The position numbers were made by a program, and so were the translations under genes. From an uncultured Thermoplasmata archaeon (lineage in GTDB: Archaea; Thermoplasmatota; Thermoplasmata; RBG-16-68-12): a stretch of 64,000 nucleotides of DNA. Shown here one piece after another: positions 1 to 8,266 of the stretch; position 1 is the stretch's first letter; every line of letters starts with the position of its first letter. The stretch lies in NCBI GenBank assembly GCA_963768855.1, contig CAVYJM010000018.1, positions 64,001 through 128,000 of the forward strand, read 5' to 3'. The notes below the pieces were generated by a model. The model saw only the letters and a program-made list of their open reading frames with translations. It made no database searches and was not told the DNA's origin.

Positions 1-496
1 CGTCCGCGTTCTGGATGTCCACGGGAAGATCGATGTGGACCGGAGCGTAGCGGCCGTGGGACGCGACATGGAACGCCTCGCGGAAGACGCGGGGCACCTC
101 CTCGGGTTCTTCGATCCGCCAGTTGTGCTTCACGATGGGCATCATCAGGCCGAACGTGTCGACCTCCTGGAACGAGTCGTTCCCCATCACGGCGGTCGCG
201 ACCTGGCCCGTGATCGCGACCATGGGTGAGGAGTCCATGTAGGCCGTCGCGATGCCCGTGATCAGGTTCGTCGCGCCGGGCCCGGAGGTCGCGATGCACA
301 CGCCCGGCTTCTTCAGGATCCGCGCGTAACCGTCGGCCATGTGGGCCGCGTTCTGTTCGTGGCGGCAGAGGATGTGCCGCAGCCCCGAGGAATAGAGCTC
401 GTCGTACAGGGGGAGGACCGCGCCGCCGGGGTGGCCGAAGACCACGTCGACGCCCTGCTCCTTCAGCGTGTCCACCGCGATTCGAGCACCTCTCAT
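1..496 (-). CDS. ilvB: Acetolactate synthase large subunit, N-terminal part (runs off window start)
   Basis: My translation from ATG at 496: MRGARIAVDTLKEQGVDVVFGHPGGAVLPLYDEL...HILCRHEQNAAHMADGYAR, a typical ThDP-enzyme N-terminus; not in the ORF track because it is truncated. Confidence 0.93.
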   Translation of the reverse strand, partial: MRGARIAVDTLKEQGVDVVFGHPGGAVLPLYDELYSSGLRHILCRHEQNAAHMADGYARILKKPGVCIATSGPGATNLITGIATAYMDSSPMVAITGQVATAVMGNDSFQEVDTFGLMMPIVKHNWRIEEPEEVPRVFREAFHVASHGRYAPVHIDLPVDIQNAD

Positions 497-515
497 GAGA
501 TCCCACCAACAAAGC

Positions 516-573
516 AGGCCGCCAGGGCCTCCTCGTTTCGAGGCCCTAGCGACCCTGGGCCCGCGGCCTTTTT
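516..573 (-). promoter_or_regulatory. Structured 5' leader of ilvB (nested inverted repeats followed by a U-rich stretch)
   Basis: AGGCCGC/GCGGCCT outer stem, GGGCCTC/GAGGCCC inner stem and CCAGGG/CCCTGG alternative pairing; TATA-like TTAAATA at about 639-645. Confidence 0.45.
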
Positions 574-637
574 CGGATACACACCGGGGCACGGTGCGCC
601 GCGGGCGACTTGAGCACGACGTAGGACTTGGCGAACG

Positions 638-1624
638 CTATTTAACATTTGCCGACACCGACTCCGTCAATTGCCGAACATTCCCGACACCCGCCGAAAC
701 GGGCTCCCGCACGGGGGTGAGCCATCCGCGGTAGCGCGGGTCCTCGCCCCGGACCGCGGTGAAGAAACCCCGCTGGATCTCGAGCGTCACGGGGCCGGCA
801 TGGCCCGGACCGACCGCGTGCCAGTCCACCTCCCGCACGGGTGTGACCTCCGCGGCGGTCCCCGTGAGGAAGAGCTCGTCCGCCGCATAGAGATCCGAGC
901 GGGAGAGGGGCGCCTCCCGCACCTCGTATCCCAGGTCCGCGGCGATCCGCAGGACCGAATCACGGGTGATCCCGGGGAGGAGGTCTTCCGATCCCGGCGG
1001 CGTGACGACCGTTTCGCCTGAGACGACGAACACGTTCTCGCCGGTCCCCTCCGCGACGCGGCCCGCGTCGTTGAACAGGATCGCCTCGTCGAACCCGGCA
1101 CGCATGGCTTCCTGGAAGGCGAGGCACGCGTTGACGTAATTCCCCGCGAGCTTCGCCGCGCTCGGCACGCTGTTCGAGGGCGTCTTGAGCCACGAGACGG
1201 TCTTCACGCGGATCCCGCGGCGCATCCCCTCCTCGCCGAGGTACGCGCCCCACGGCCACACGGCGACCGCGACGTGGACCGCGTTGTCTCGCAAGGAGAA
1301 GTTCATCCCGCCCAAGCCGTAGAACGCCACGGGGCGGACGTACCCTTCCTCGAGGCCGTTGCGAGCCACGACCTCGCGGCACGCCTCGGCGAGTTCGTCG
1401 GGCCCGTAGGGCAGGTCCATGTAGAGGTACGACGCGCTCCGATAGAAGCGCGCGAGATGGTCCTCGAGGCGGAACACCGCGGGGCCGTCCGCGGTCCGGT
1501 AGCACCGCATCCCCTCGAAGAGGCCGGTGCCGTAGTGCAGCCCGTGCGACAAGACGTGGACCTTCGCCTCGTCCCAGGGCACGTAGCGCCCGTCCATCCA
1601 GATGACGTCCGTCTTCGGCGGCAT
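638..1624 (-). CDS. ilvE: Branched-chain amino acid aminotransferase
   Basis: LHYGTGLFEGMRCY, AKLAGNYVN, EGTGENVF, LLPGITRDS and FLTGTAAEVTP class IV PLP motifs. Confidence 0.96.
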   Translation of the reverse strand: MPPKTDVIWMDGRYVPWDEAKVHVLSHGLHYGTGLFEGMRCYRTADGPAVFRLEDHLARFYRSASYLYMDLPYGPDELAEACREVVARNGLEEGYVRPVAFYGLGGMNFSLRDNAVHVAVAVWPWGAYLGEEGMRRGIRVKTVSWLKTPSNSVPSAAKLAGNYVNACLAFQEAMRAGFDEAILFNDAGRVAEGTGENVFVVSGETVVTPPGSEDLLPGITRDSVLRIAADLGYEVREAPLSRSDLYAADELFLTGTAAEVTPVREVDWHAVGPGHAGPVTLEIQRGFFTAVRGEDPRYRGWLTPVREPVSAGVGNVRQLTESVSANVK

Positions 1625-1637
1625 GCGATCGTTCCGC

Positions 1638-1796
1638 TCAGGCTGTCTCGTCCAAGAGGGGCGCGAAGTAATCCATGTACTCGCGCGTGAAGGACGTCAC
1701 GACCCCTCGCGGCATCGCGTTCGGCTTCGCTCGGCTCACAGGGTCCGCCTGTTCGCGGGCCGGGTCACTCGGGAGAGTCTTCGCTCTGACCACCAT
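1638..1796 (-). CDS. Small hypothetical protein (52 aa) between the leader and ilvE
   Basis: MVVRAKTLPSDPAREQ...MDYFAPLLDETA; ends 13 nt before the ilvE start; no recognisable family. Confidence 0.35.
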   Translation of the reverse strand: MVVRAKTLPSDPAREQADPVSRAKPNAMPRGVVTSFTREYMDYFAPLLDETA

Positions 1797-1802
1797 CGAA
1801 CC

Positions 1803-1859
1803 ACAAAACCTGTGCAGGCAGCGGATCGAGGCGGTCGTGCGTCTAGCACAACCGCTTCG
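1803..1859 (-). terminator. Attenuator-like hairpins plus U tract after the leader peptide
   Basis: GCGGUUGUGC-UAGAC-GCACGACCGC stem (1855-1831) with the leader stop codon in the loop, then CCUGCACAGG-UUUUGU (1818-1803). Confidence 0.55.
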
Positions 1860-1896
1860 TAAGCACAATAACCAGGAGAATCTGGTGGTGCTGCAT
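1843..1896 (-). CDS. Putative ilv leader peptide MQHHQILLVIVLTKRLC
   Basis: ATG CAG CAC CAC CAG ATT CTC CTG GTT ATT GTG CTT ACG AAG CGG TTG TGC TAG: seven consecutive Ile/Leu/Val codons, directly after TATA-like ATAATTATA (1925-1933). Confidence 0.7.
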   Translation of the reverse strand: MQHHQILLVIVLTKRLC

Positions 1897-1960
1897 CCTG
1901 CGGGGGCGCCCAAAGCGGCGTGGGTATAATTATCTTTCGTCCAAGGCGATTTATTTCGCG

Positions 1961-2935
1961 CTACGACGTGACAATCGAAAAGTGCGGACCTCGATTCTTC
2001 ACCAAAGCCCGAATCGGGAGCGAGTTGTCAACGACCGACGTGAAGGCGTTGGCGCTCGCTCCGTCCGACGCGAACGCATCCCGCATCGCCTTGGCGGAAT
2101 GCTCAGCGGCCTGCCTCGTGCTAGCAAGGGCGAAGACCGTGGAACCGGAGCCGCTGATCGCGAACCCGGTGGCGCCCGCGTCGAGGGCGGCGCGTCTCGC
2201 ATTTTGGTACCCACGCAGAAGGGGGGATCGCGCCGGTTCGGCAAAACGATCCTCCAGGCAGCGACCTGCCAAGACGGCCTCCCCGCGCACCAGAGCGAGC
2301 GCGAGGGTCGAGGCCTTGCCCACGTTCGAGACCGCATCTTCCAGGGAGACCTGGCGGGGCAGGACCTTGCGCATGTCCGCGGTCTTCAGGACGAAGTCGG
2401 GGACGGCGATCGCGAGGTGAATCCGCGAGCTCACCGCCTCGCGTGCGAGGACGAACGGTTCCGCGGATGCGATCGTCACGAATCCGCCGAACAAGGCTCC
2501 CGCAATGTTGTCGTAGTGGCGTCCGGAAACCGCGGCCTCCCCCGCGGCCGCGCCCCGGAGGAACCCCGCGACTCCGATGCGCTTCGATTCCGAAGGAAAC
2601 GCCTCGAGGAAGGCGAGGGCGGCCGCGGCGCAGGAGGCTGCGGAGCTTCCGAGACCCCGCGCCGCCGGTATCCCCTTGCGCACCCGGACGGAGAGGTGCG
2701 TGCGGACGTGCGTGGCCTGCCGGAGGGCTTCGAGAACGATGCCCGCGGTGTTCTCGCCGAACCGCGCGGGGACGGTCCCCGCCCCGGGGCCCTCGACGGA
2801 CAGCGAATCCTCGTCCGCCTCCCGGATCGATACGGTGTCGGTCGGGCCGCGGATCGCGAGACAGAACACGTCGAATCCGGGTCCGACGTTGGCAATCGTG
2901 GCGGGGGCGCGCGCGGTCGTCCAGCCGGCAGCCAT
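1961..2935 (-). CDS. thrB: Homoserine kinase
   Basis: APATIANVGPGFDV, PAARGLGSSAAS (GHMP motif), HYDNIA and ISGSGST; start set at ATG 2935. Confidence 0.9.
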   Translation of the reverse strand: MAAGWTTARAPATIANVGPGFDVFCLAIRGPTDTVSIREADEDSLSVEGPGAGTVPARFGENTAGIVLEALRQATHVRTHLSVRVRKGIPAARGLGSSAASCAAAALAFLEAFPSESKRIGVAGFLRGAAAGEAAVSGRHYDNIAGALFGGFVTIASAEPFVLAREAVSSRIHLAIAVPDFVLKTADMRKVLPRQVSLEDAVSNVGKASTLALALVRGEAVLAGRCLEDRFAEPARSPLLRGYQNARRAALDAGATGFAISGSGSTVFALASTRQAAEHSAKAMRDAFASDGASANAFTSVVDNSLPIRALVKNRGPHFSIVTS

Positions 2936-2945
2936 GCGGGGGTCC

Positions 2946-3233
2946 TCAGCCCCCGGCAATGGCGGGGAGCAAATCAACCGTTGCGTCCCGCGGGACCGGG
3001 GTCTCGAGGCCGCCCAGGTACCGGGTGTCTTCACCGTTCACGTAGACGTTCACGAACCGCTTGAGCGCGCCGTTGCCGTCGAAGATCCGCGCGCGGAATC
3101 CGTCGCCGTACCGCTTCGCGACCTCGTCAAACAGCTGCCCCACGGTCCCCTCGAACTCGAGGCTGATCTCCCGCTCGCCGCGGGTTGCCGTCGCGATCGG
3201 GGACGCCAGCACCAACTTAACCAAGGGTTGCAC
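2946..3233 (-). CDS. MoaD/ThiS-family ubiquitin-like sulfur carrier (SAMP/CysO-like)
   Basis: 95 aa with FVNVYVNGED and C-terminal LLPAIAGG diglycine. Confidence 0.9.
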   Translation of the reverse strand: MQPLVKLVLASPIATATRGEREISLEFEGTVGQLFDEVAKRYGDGFRARIFDGNGALKRFVNVYVNGEDTRYLGGLETPVPRDATVDLLPAIAGG

Positions 3234-4458
3234 CTCCTAGGAATCGATCGACTGCCGCAGAATCGGGAGCCACAGGAGTGAGCTCGGGCAGGACGCCGTT
3301 CCACACCGCCGGCGCCTTGAGCCCGTTCCCCGTGATCAGGAGCACGACGCGCTCGCCGCGGTCGATCCGCCCGTCCTCCACCGCGCGCCTCAGGGTGGCC
3401 ACGGTAGTCCCGCCCGCGGGCTCCGCGAAGACGCCCTCCGTTCGGGCGAGGAGCCTCTGGCCCTCGAGGATCTGCTCGTCCTGCGGAGCGTCTGCGAAGC
3501 CGCGCGTGCGGCGCATGATCTGGATCGCCTCGAAGCCCGACGCGGGATCGCCGATCGCCAGGGATTCGGCGATCGTCGCGGGCCGTTTGACCGGCTGCGG
3601 GCGCCCGTCCTTCGCCTCGAAGCCGCGAACGATCGGCGCGCATCCCTCGGGCTGGGAGCCGACGATGCGGGTCTGGCCGTCGTCCACCTGGCCCAGGTCC
3701 CTCAGCTCGTGGATGGCCTTGTCCACGGCCGTCAGGAGGAGGCCGGAGCCCATGGGCACGACGACGACATCGGGCAGCTCGAAGCCGAGCTGTTCCCACG
3801 TCTCGAACAGGAGGGTCTTGGATCCCTCCGCGTAGTAGGGCCGGAGGTTGATGTTCACGAAACCCCAGCCGCGCCGGTCCGCGGCGATCAGGGCGACGCG
3901 GTTCGCGTCGTCGTACGTCCCGTCCACGGGAACGACCGTGGCGCCGTACAAGCGGGGGAGGAGGAGCTTCGTGGGCTCCAGGTGCGCGGAGGCGAACACG
4001 TAGCAGGGGAGGCGAGCCTTGGCCGCCGCGGCCGCCGTCGCGGCGGCGAGGTTCCCCGTCGACGCGCATCCGACTGCGGGCAGCCCCCACTCGCGCGCCT
4101 TCGCAATCGCAACGGCCACGGGCCGGTCCTTGAAGGAGTACGTCGGGTTCACGGTGTCATCCTTGACCCAGACCTCCCGCAGGCCCAGGGCCTCCGCCAG
4201 GTTCTCCGCGCGGCGGAGCGGCGTGTAGCCGGGCTGGAGATCGACGCGGCTCGCCTTGTCGAAGACGGGGAGGAGCTCGTGGTAGCGCCAGAGATCCTGG
4301 GATCGATGCGCGAGGGCGTCGCGGGTGAAGGCCTCCTTGACCGCCTCGATCTCGTAGCGGACCTCGAGGGGCCCGAAACACGCGTCGCAGACGACGAGCT
4401 TGGTCGGCGGATACTCGGTACCGCATTCACGACAGCGCAATCCGCGGACGTAGCCCAT
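3217..4458 (-). CDS. thrC: Threonine synthase family PLP enzyme
   Basis: N-terminal CxxC...CxxC, NPTYSFKDR (PLP lysine), ASTGNLA, VPMGSG, EPAGG and ITGNGLK. Confidence 0.9.
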   Translation of the reverse strand: MGYVRGLRCRECGTEYPPTKLVVCDACFGPLEVRYEIEAVKEAFTRDALAHRSQDLWRYHELLPVFDKASRVDLQPGYTPLRRAENLAEALGLREVWVKDDTVNPTYSFKDRPVAVAIAKAREWGLPAVGCASTGNLAAATAAAAAKARLPCYVFASAHLEPTKLLLPRLYGATVVPVDGTYDDANRVALIAADRRGWGFVNINLRPYYAEGSKTLLFETWEQLGFELPDVVVVPMGSGLLLTAVDKAIHELRDLGQVDDGQTRIVGSQPEGCAPIVRGFEAKDGRPQPVKRPATIAESLAIGDPASGFEAIQIMRRTRGFADAPQDEQILEGQRLLARTEGVFAEPAGGTTVATLRRAVEDGRIDRGERVVLLITGNGLKAPAVWNGVLPELTPVAPDSAAVDRFLGGATLG

Positions 4459-4588
4459 GGGATCCCATCCTTGACGGGTTGGTGTGCCCGGACGCGAGGT
4501 GCGGTCATAACGGTTGTGACAGGAATTATGCGGACAGGAATACGCATATTCCCATTAGAAATAAGAAATGAAAGACGAGAACCGGCCC

Positions 4589-5179
4589 TCAGACGATCGC
4601 GGGGCTGGTGACCCAGTACTCGACCGCGGTCCATCCATCCGCCTGCCAGGTGAGGCTGAACTTGCAGTAGCTGATCCCGGGCAGGCCAATGCCGACGCCG
4701 GTCACCCAGAACACGTCTCCCACGTCGACCTCTCCGTTGTGGTCCCGGTCGAGCCAGATGACGTGATAAGGATCCTTGTGTGAGGAGGAGCCCACCAGGA
4801 GGGTGGCGTTCTGGCCACTTGCGGCCAGGGGAACCGCGACGGTGCCGAAGTTGTTGATCGTCAGGTTGACCGAGAACCCGGTCCAAGGCCAGGATGCATT
4901 GCTGTCGGAGCTCACGTTGAACGTGCCGTTGCCGTCGACCATGTAGGCGGGGGCGAACGCGATCGGAGCCGAAGGCAGCGGCTGGAGCGTCGTGACGAAG
5001 CCGTAGAAGGTCACGGCGAACACCGCGATGACGAGGACAAAGATGACAATGAGGAACGTGAAGCCGCGGCGGTCCGCGAGGCGCGGTCCTCGGAGGAATC
5101 CCCGGAGGCCTGGGGCGCGGGGAGGGATCGATGGGCCCCGCGGCTCCTCGCTCCCGGGCGTAGCGCTTGGGGACTCCAT
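4589..5179 (-). CDS. Hypothetical membrane-anchored surface protein
   Basis: One hydrophobic helix after RRGF; beta-rich C-terminal domain with DRDHNGEVDVGD; CTTAAC box about 26 nt before ATG 5179. Confidence 0.7.
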   Translation of the reverse strand: MESPSATPGSEEPRGPSIPPRAPGLRGFLRGPRLADRRGFTFLIVIFVLVIAVFAVTFYGFVTTLQPLPSAPIAFAPAYMVDGNGTFNVSSDSNASWPWTGFSVNLTINNFGTVAVPLAASGQNATLLVGSSSHKDPYHVIWLDRDHNGEVDVGDVFWVTGVGIGLPGISYCKFSLTWQADGWTAVEYWVTSPAIV

Positions 5180-5369
5180 CAATGCTACGGGACCGTCGGC
5201 GGTAGTTAAGGTCTCGTCCTGCGACAAGGGTTCATGCACTCCCGGTCCGTGCGGCGTACCGGCGGACGGAGGCGGTCGCGGGCTCCCCGCGTCGGTCGTG
5301 CCGCTGACGAAATTCCCGGCCAGGCACCGATTGGCGCCGCCCTGAGACCCCGATTGGCTCGGTGAGAAG

Positions 5370-5444
5370 TGGGCCCGGCCAGATTCGGACTGGCGACCTT
5401 CCGGTTATCAGCCGGACGCTCCAACCAGGCTAAGCTACGGGCCC
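5370..5444 (-). tRNA. tRNA-Ile (GAT)
   Basis: GGGCCCG acceptor stem, TCCGG-CTGATAA-CCGGA anticodon arm, GCCAG-TCCGAAT-CTGGC T arm, discriminator A, no CCA; TTTAAA box at 5472-5477. Confidence 0.93.
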
Positions 5445-5754
5445 GCGCTGGCGCAGAAGACCGGGCTCGATTTAAACGTTCCCCCGCAGTACTCGTGCGG
5501 CGCCCGAGGACGGCGTCGTGTCCGCACTCCGAGCGATGAGCGCTTAGCCCGGTGCCGAAGATTTAGTTCGGTCGCTGGCCTTTCGGCCAAGACGTGAACG
5601 ACGCTTCCCAGCAGGAAGAACCGAGAGGCCTGCGGCGCACGCACCTTATTCAAGATGAAGAGTCCGTACCGTGTCCTGACGATCGCGTCTTTGCGTTCCG
5701 GACAAGAGTGCAGAGAGAAGACAGCGATTCGCGGAGACGAGGCAAGGCGATGAC

Positions 5755-6336
5755 TTGAGCGACACGACAACGGGCTTCCTCAAGGTGTTGAACCCTGACG
5801 ACCACTCGGCCGGCGGCGGAACGGCCTCGGCAATCGCCGGATCGATGGCGTCCGCCCTCGTGGCCATGGTGGCACGTCTCTCCATCGTTCCGGACGCGCC
5901 CATGCCCGAGGAATCCTATTGCCGAATCAGCGAGGAGGCGGCCGACCTGTCGAAGCGCCTGCTGCTGGGCGGGGAGGAAGACTCCCGCGCCTTCAGCGCC
6001 ATCTTGACCGCCTTCCGATTGCCCAAGACTTCCGAGTCGGAGAAGAAGGCACGGACGGCCGCCATCCAACACTCGACGATTCTGGCGGCGCAGGTCCCCA
6101 TGAAGAATGCGGAACGATGCGCCCGCGTCATGGAGCTTGTGACTGAGCTCCGAGGGCGCTCCAACCCGAGAGCGGCCTCCGATCTGGAATGCGGAGCGTA
6201 CCTGGCCCACGCGGGACTCCTGGGTTGCGTCGCCAACGTCCGGGCCAACCTCCCATCCATCCGCGATCCCGCGGTCGTCGCCGAGCTGGAGGCTCGCATC
6301 CACAACCTTGCCGGGCCCTTGGGGACCCACACCTAG
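5755..6336 (+). CDS. Formiminotetrahydrofolate cyclodeaminase / cyclohydrolase family protein
   Basis: SAGGGTASAIAGSMASALVAMVARLS, EDSRAF, QVPMKNAE and SNPRAASDL; located upstream of the urocanase. Confidence 0.88.
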   Translation: MSDTTTGFLKVLNPDDHSAGGGTASAIAGSMASALVAMVARLSIVPDAPMPEESYCRISEEAADLSKRLLLGGEEDSRAFSAILTAFRLPKTSESEKKARTAAIQHSTILAAQVPMKNAERCARVMELVTELRGRSNPRAASDLECGAYLAHAGLLGCVANVRANLPSIRDPAVVAELEARIHNLAGPLGTHT

Positions 6337-6436
6337 CCCGGCTGGAGCGCGAAGCATCCGACATTAAGGTTCAAATAGCATGGGTCCGCCTGAGGTCGCT
6401 CGCTGAGTGCCGAGCGGGCGTTCAGCGAGGTGGACC

Positions 6437-8170
6437 ATGAACAACGAGGTCCTGTATTCCGTCAAGGCTCAACGGGGACCCACGCTGCGGTGCAAGGGCT
6501 GGAAACAGGAGTCGCTCCTGCGGATGCTCGAGAACAACATGGAGAATGCCGAAGCGCCCGAGCGGCTGGTGATCTACGGAGGCATCGGGAAGTGCGCCCG
6601 CAACTGGGAGTCGTATCATGCCATCGTCGATGCCTTGCTCCATCTGGAGAACGACGAGACGCTGGCCATCCAATCGGGCATGCCCGTGGCCGTCTTCAAG
6701 ACGCATCGGCTGGCCCCGCGGGTCGTGATGGCGAACACGAACATCATGAAGGCCACGTGGCCCATCTTCTACGACCTGCAGGACAAGAACCTGACCATGT
6801 TCGCCCAGTACACGGCAGGCCCGTGGGAGTACATCGGCACGCAAGGGGTGATCCAGGGCACGTTCGAGACCCTGGCCGCGATCGGATCGCAGCACTTCGG
6901 AGGATCCCTCGTCGGCCGGATCCTGTTCACCGCCGGCCTGGGAGGCATGGGCGCGAACCAGCCGCGGGCGATGACCATGCATGGAGGCGTCTGCCTCGTC
7001 GTCGATGCGAACCCGGACATCGTGCCGCTGCGGATCCGGAAGGGGTTCCTCGACGTGCAGGTCGACTCCCTCGAAGAGGGCATCGCGCAGGCCGAAGAGG
7101 CCAAGCGGGAGGGCCGTGCGCTCGGCATCGGATTGGTCGGGAACGCGGCGGAGTTGTTCCCCCGTGCCCTCGAGCTGGGCTGGCGACCGGACATCGTCAC
7201 CGAGATGTGCCCGTGCCACGACCCGCTGGCGTACATCGCCTCCGGATACACGCCCGCCCAGGCCGAAGCGGCGCGGCGACAAGATCGGGATCGCTATCTC
7301 CACGAGGCACGGGAGTCGATGAAGCGGCAGCTCGCTGCGATGTTGGGGTTCCACGCCCAAGGCGTCCAGGTGTTCGAGTACGGCACGAGCATCCGGAAGG
7401 AATGTCGCGACGCGGGCATGCCCGAGGCCGAGGTCATGCAGATCCCGGGGTTCGTGGCCGCATACATCCGGCCCCTGTTCATGGTCGGACGCGGGCCGTT
7501 TCGGTGGACGTGCCTCTCTGGAGAGCCCAAGGATCTGGCCACGCTCGACGGCCTCGTGCTCGAGATGTTCCCGAACGATGCGACGACGGTCAAGTGGATC
7601 ACGCTCGCCCGCAAGTCCCTGCCGATCGAAGGGCTGCCCGCCCGGGTCTGCTACCTGGGATTCGGGGAACGCAAGGCGTTCGGCCTTCGCGTGAACCGGT
7701 TGGTCCGGGAGCACGTGCTCGCCGGTCCGGTCGCCTTCTCGCGAGACAACCTGGATTCGGGATCGATCGTGAACCCCACCTTCGAATCGGAGAAGATGCG
7801 GGACGGGAGCGACCTCATCTCGGACTGGCCCTACCTGAACGCCTTGCTGAACACCGCGGCGATGGCGGACCTCGTCGCGATCCAGGCGAACTACTCGATG
7901 GGGGAGGCGGTCCACACGGGGGTCACGATGATCGCCGACGGGAGCGAGGAAGCGGACCTTCGCCTGGAGGCCTGCCTGACGACGGATTCGGGGATCGGGG
8001 TTGTCCGGCACGCCCAGGCCGGATACGAGACGGCTCGGCGCACGGCGGAGGGCACTGGTCCGTTGACGCACGAACGGATCCAAGTCCCGCTTTGGTGGAC
8101 CCCCCACGCAACCTTTGGCCCGGAGGCTGGGGCGCGGGACAGACGGGGACCCCACAACCGAGAGACCTGA
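6437..8170 (+). CDS. hutU: Urocanate hydratase family protein (divergent active-site motifs)
   Basis: LRCKGWKQE, LVIYGGIGK, TAGLGGMGANQP, GRGPFRW and GLPARVC; the canonical HHGGGVG motif is absent. Confidence 0.85.
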   Translation: MNNEVLYSVKAQRGPTLRCKGWKQESLLRMLENNMENAEAPERLVIYGGIGKCARNWESYHAIVDALLHLENDETLAIQSGMPVAVFKTHRLAPRVVMANTNIMKATWPIFYDLQDKNLTMFAQYTAGPWEYIGTQGVIQGTFETLAAIGSQHFGGSLVGRILFTAGLGGMGANQPRAMTMHGGVCLVVDANPDIVPLRIRKGFLDVQVDSLEEGIAQAEEAKREGRALGIGLVGNAAELFPRALELGWRPDIVTEMCPCHDPLAYIASGYTPAQAEAARRQDRDRYLHEARESMKRQLAAMLGFHAQGVQVFEYGTSIRKECRDAGMPEAEVMQIPGFVAAYIRPLFMVGRGPFRWTCLSGEPKDLATLDGLVLEMFPNDATTVKWITLARKSLPIEGLPARVCYLGFGERKAFGLRVNRLVREHVLAGPVAFSRDNLDSGSIVNPTFESEKMRDGSDLISDWPYLNALLNTAAMADLVAIQANYSMGEAVHTGVTMIADGSEEADLRLEACLTTDSGIGVVRHAQAGYETARRTAEGTGPLTHERIQVPLWWTPHATFGPEAGARDRRGPHNRET

Positions 8171-8266
8171 GCGCGTTGCCGACTCTGCGCCGGCTCGGTT
8201 GCCGGAGCCCGGTGGGACCGCGAGGACCTGCCTGAATGCCCGCCCCGGGGTGATACCGGGTCCGCC

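Noticed and set aside
546-617. Leader peptide for ilvB (GTG 617, MLKSPAAHRAPVCIRKRPRAQGR)
   Set aside because: It has no run of Ile/Leu/Val codons, unlike the ilvE leader
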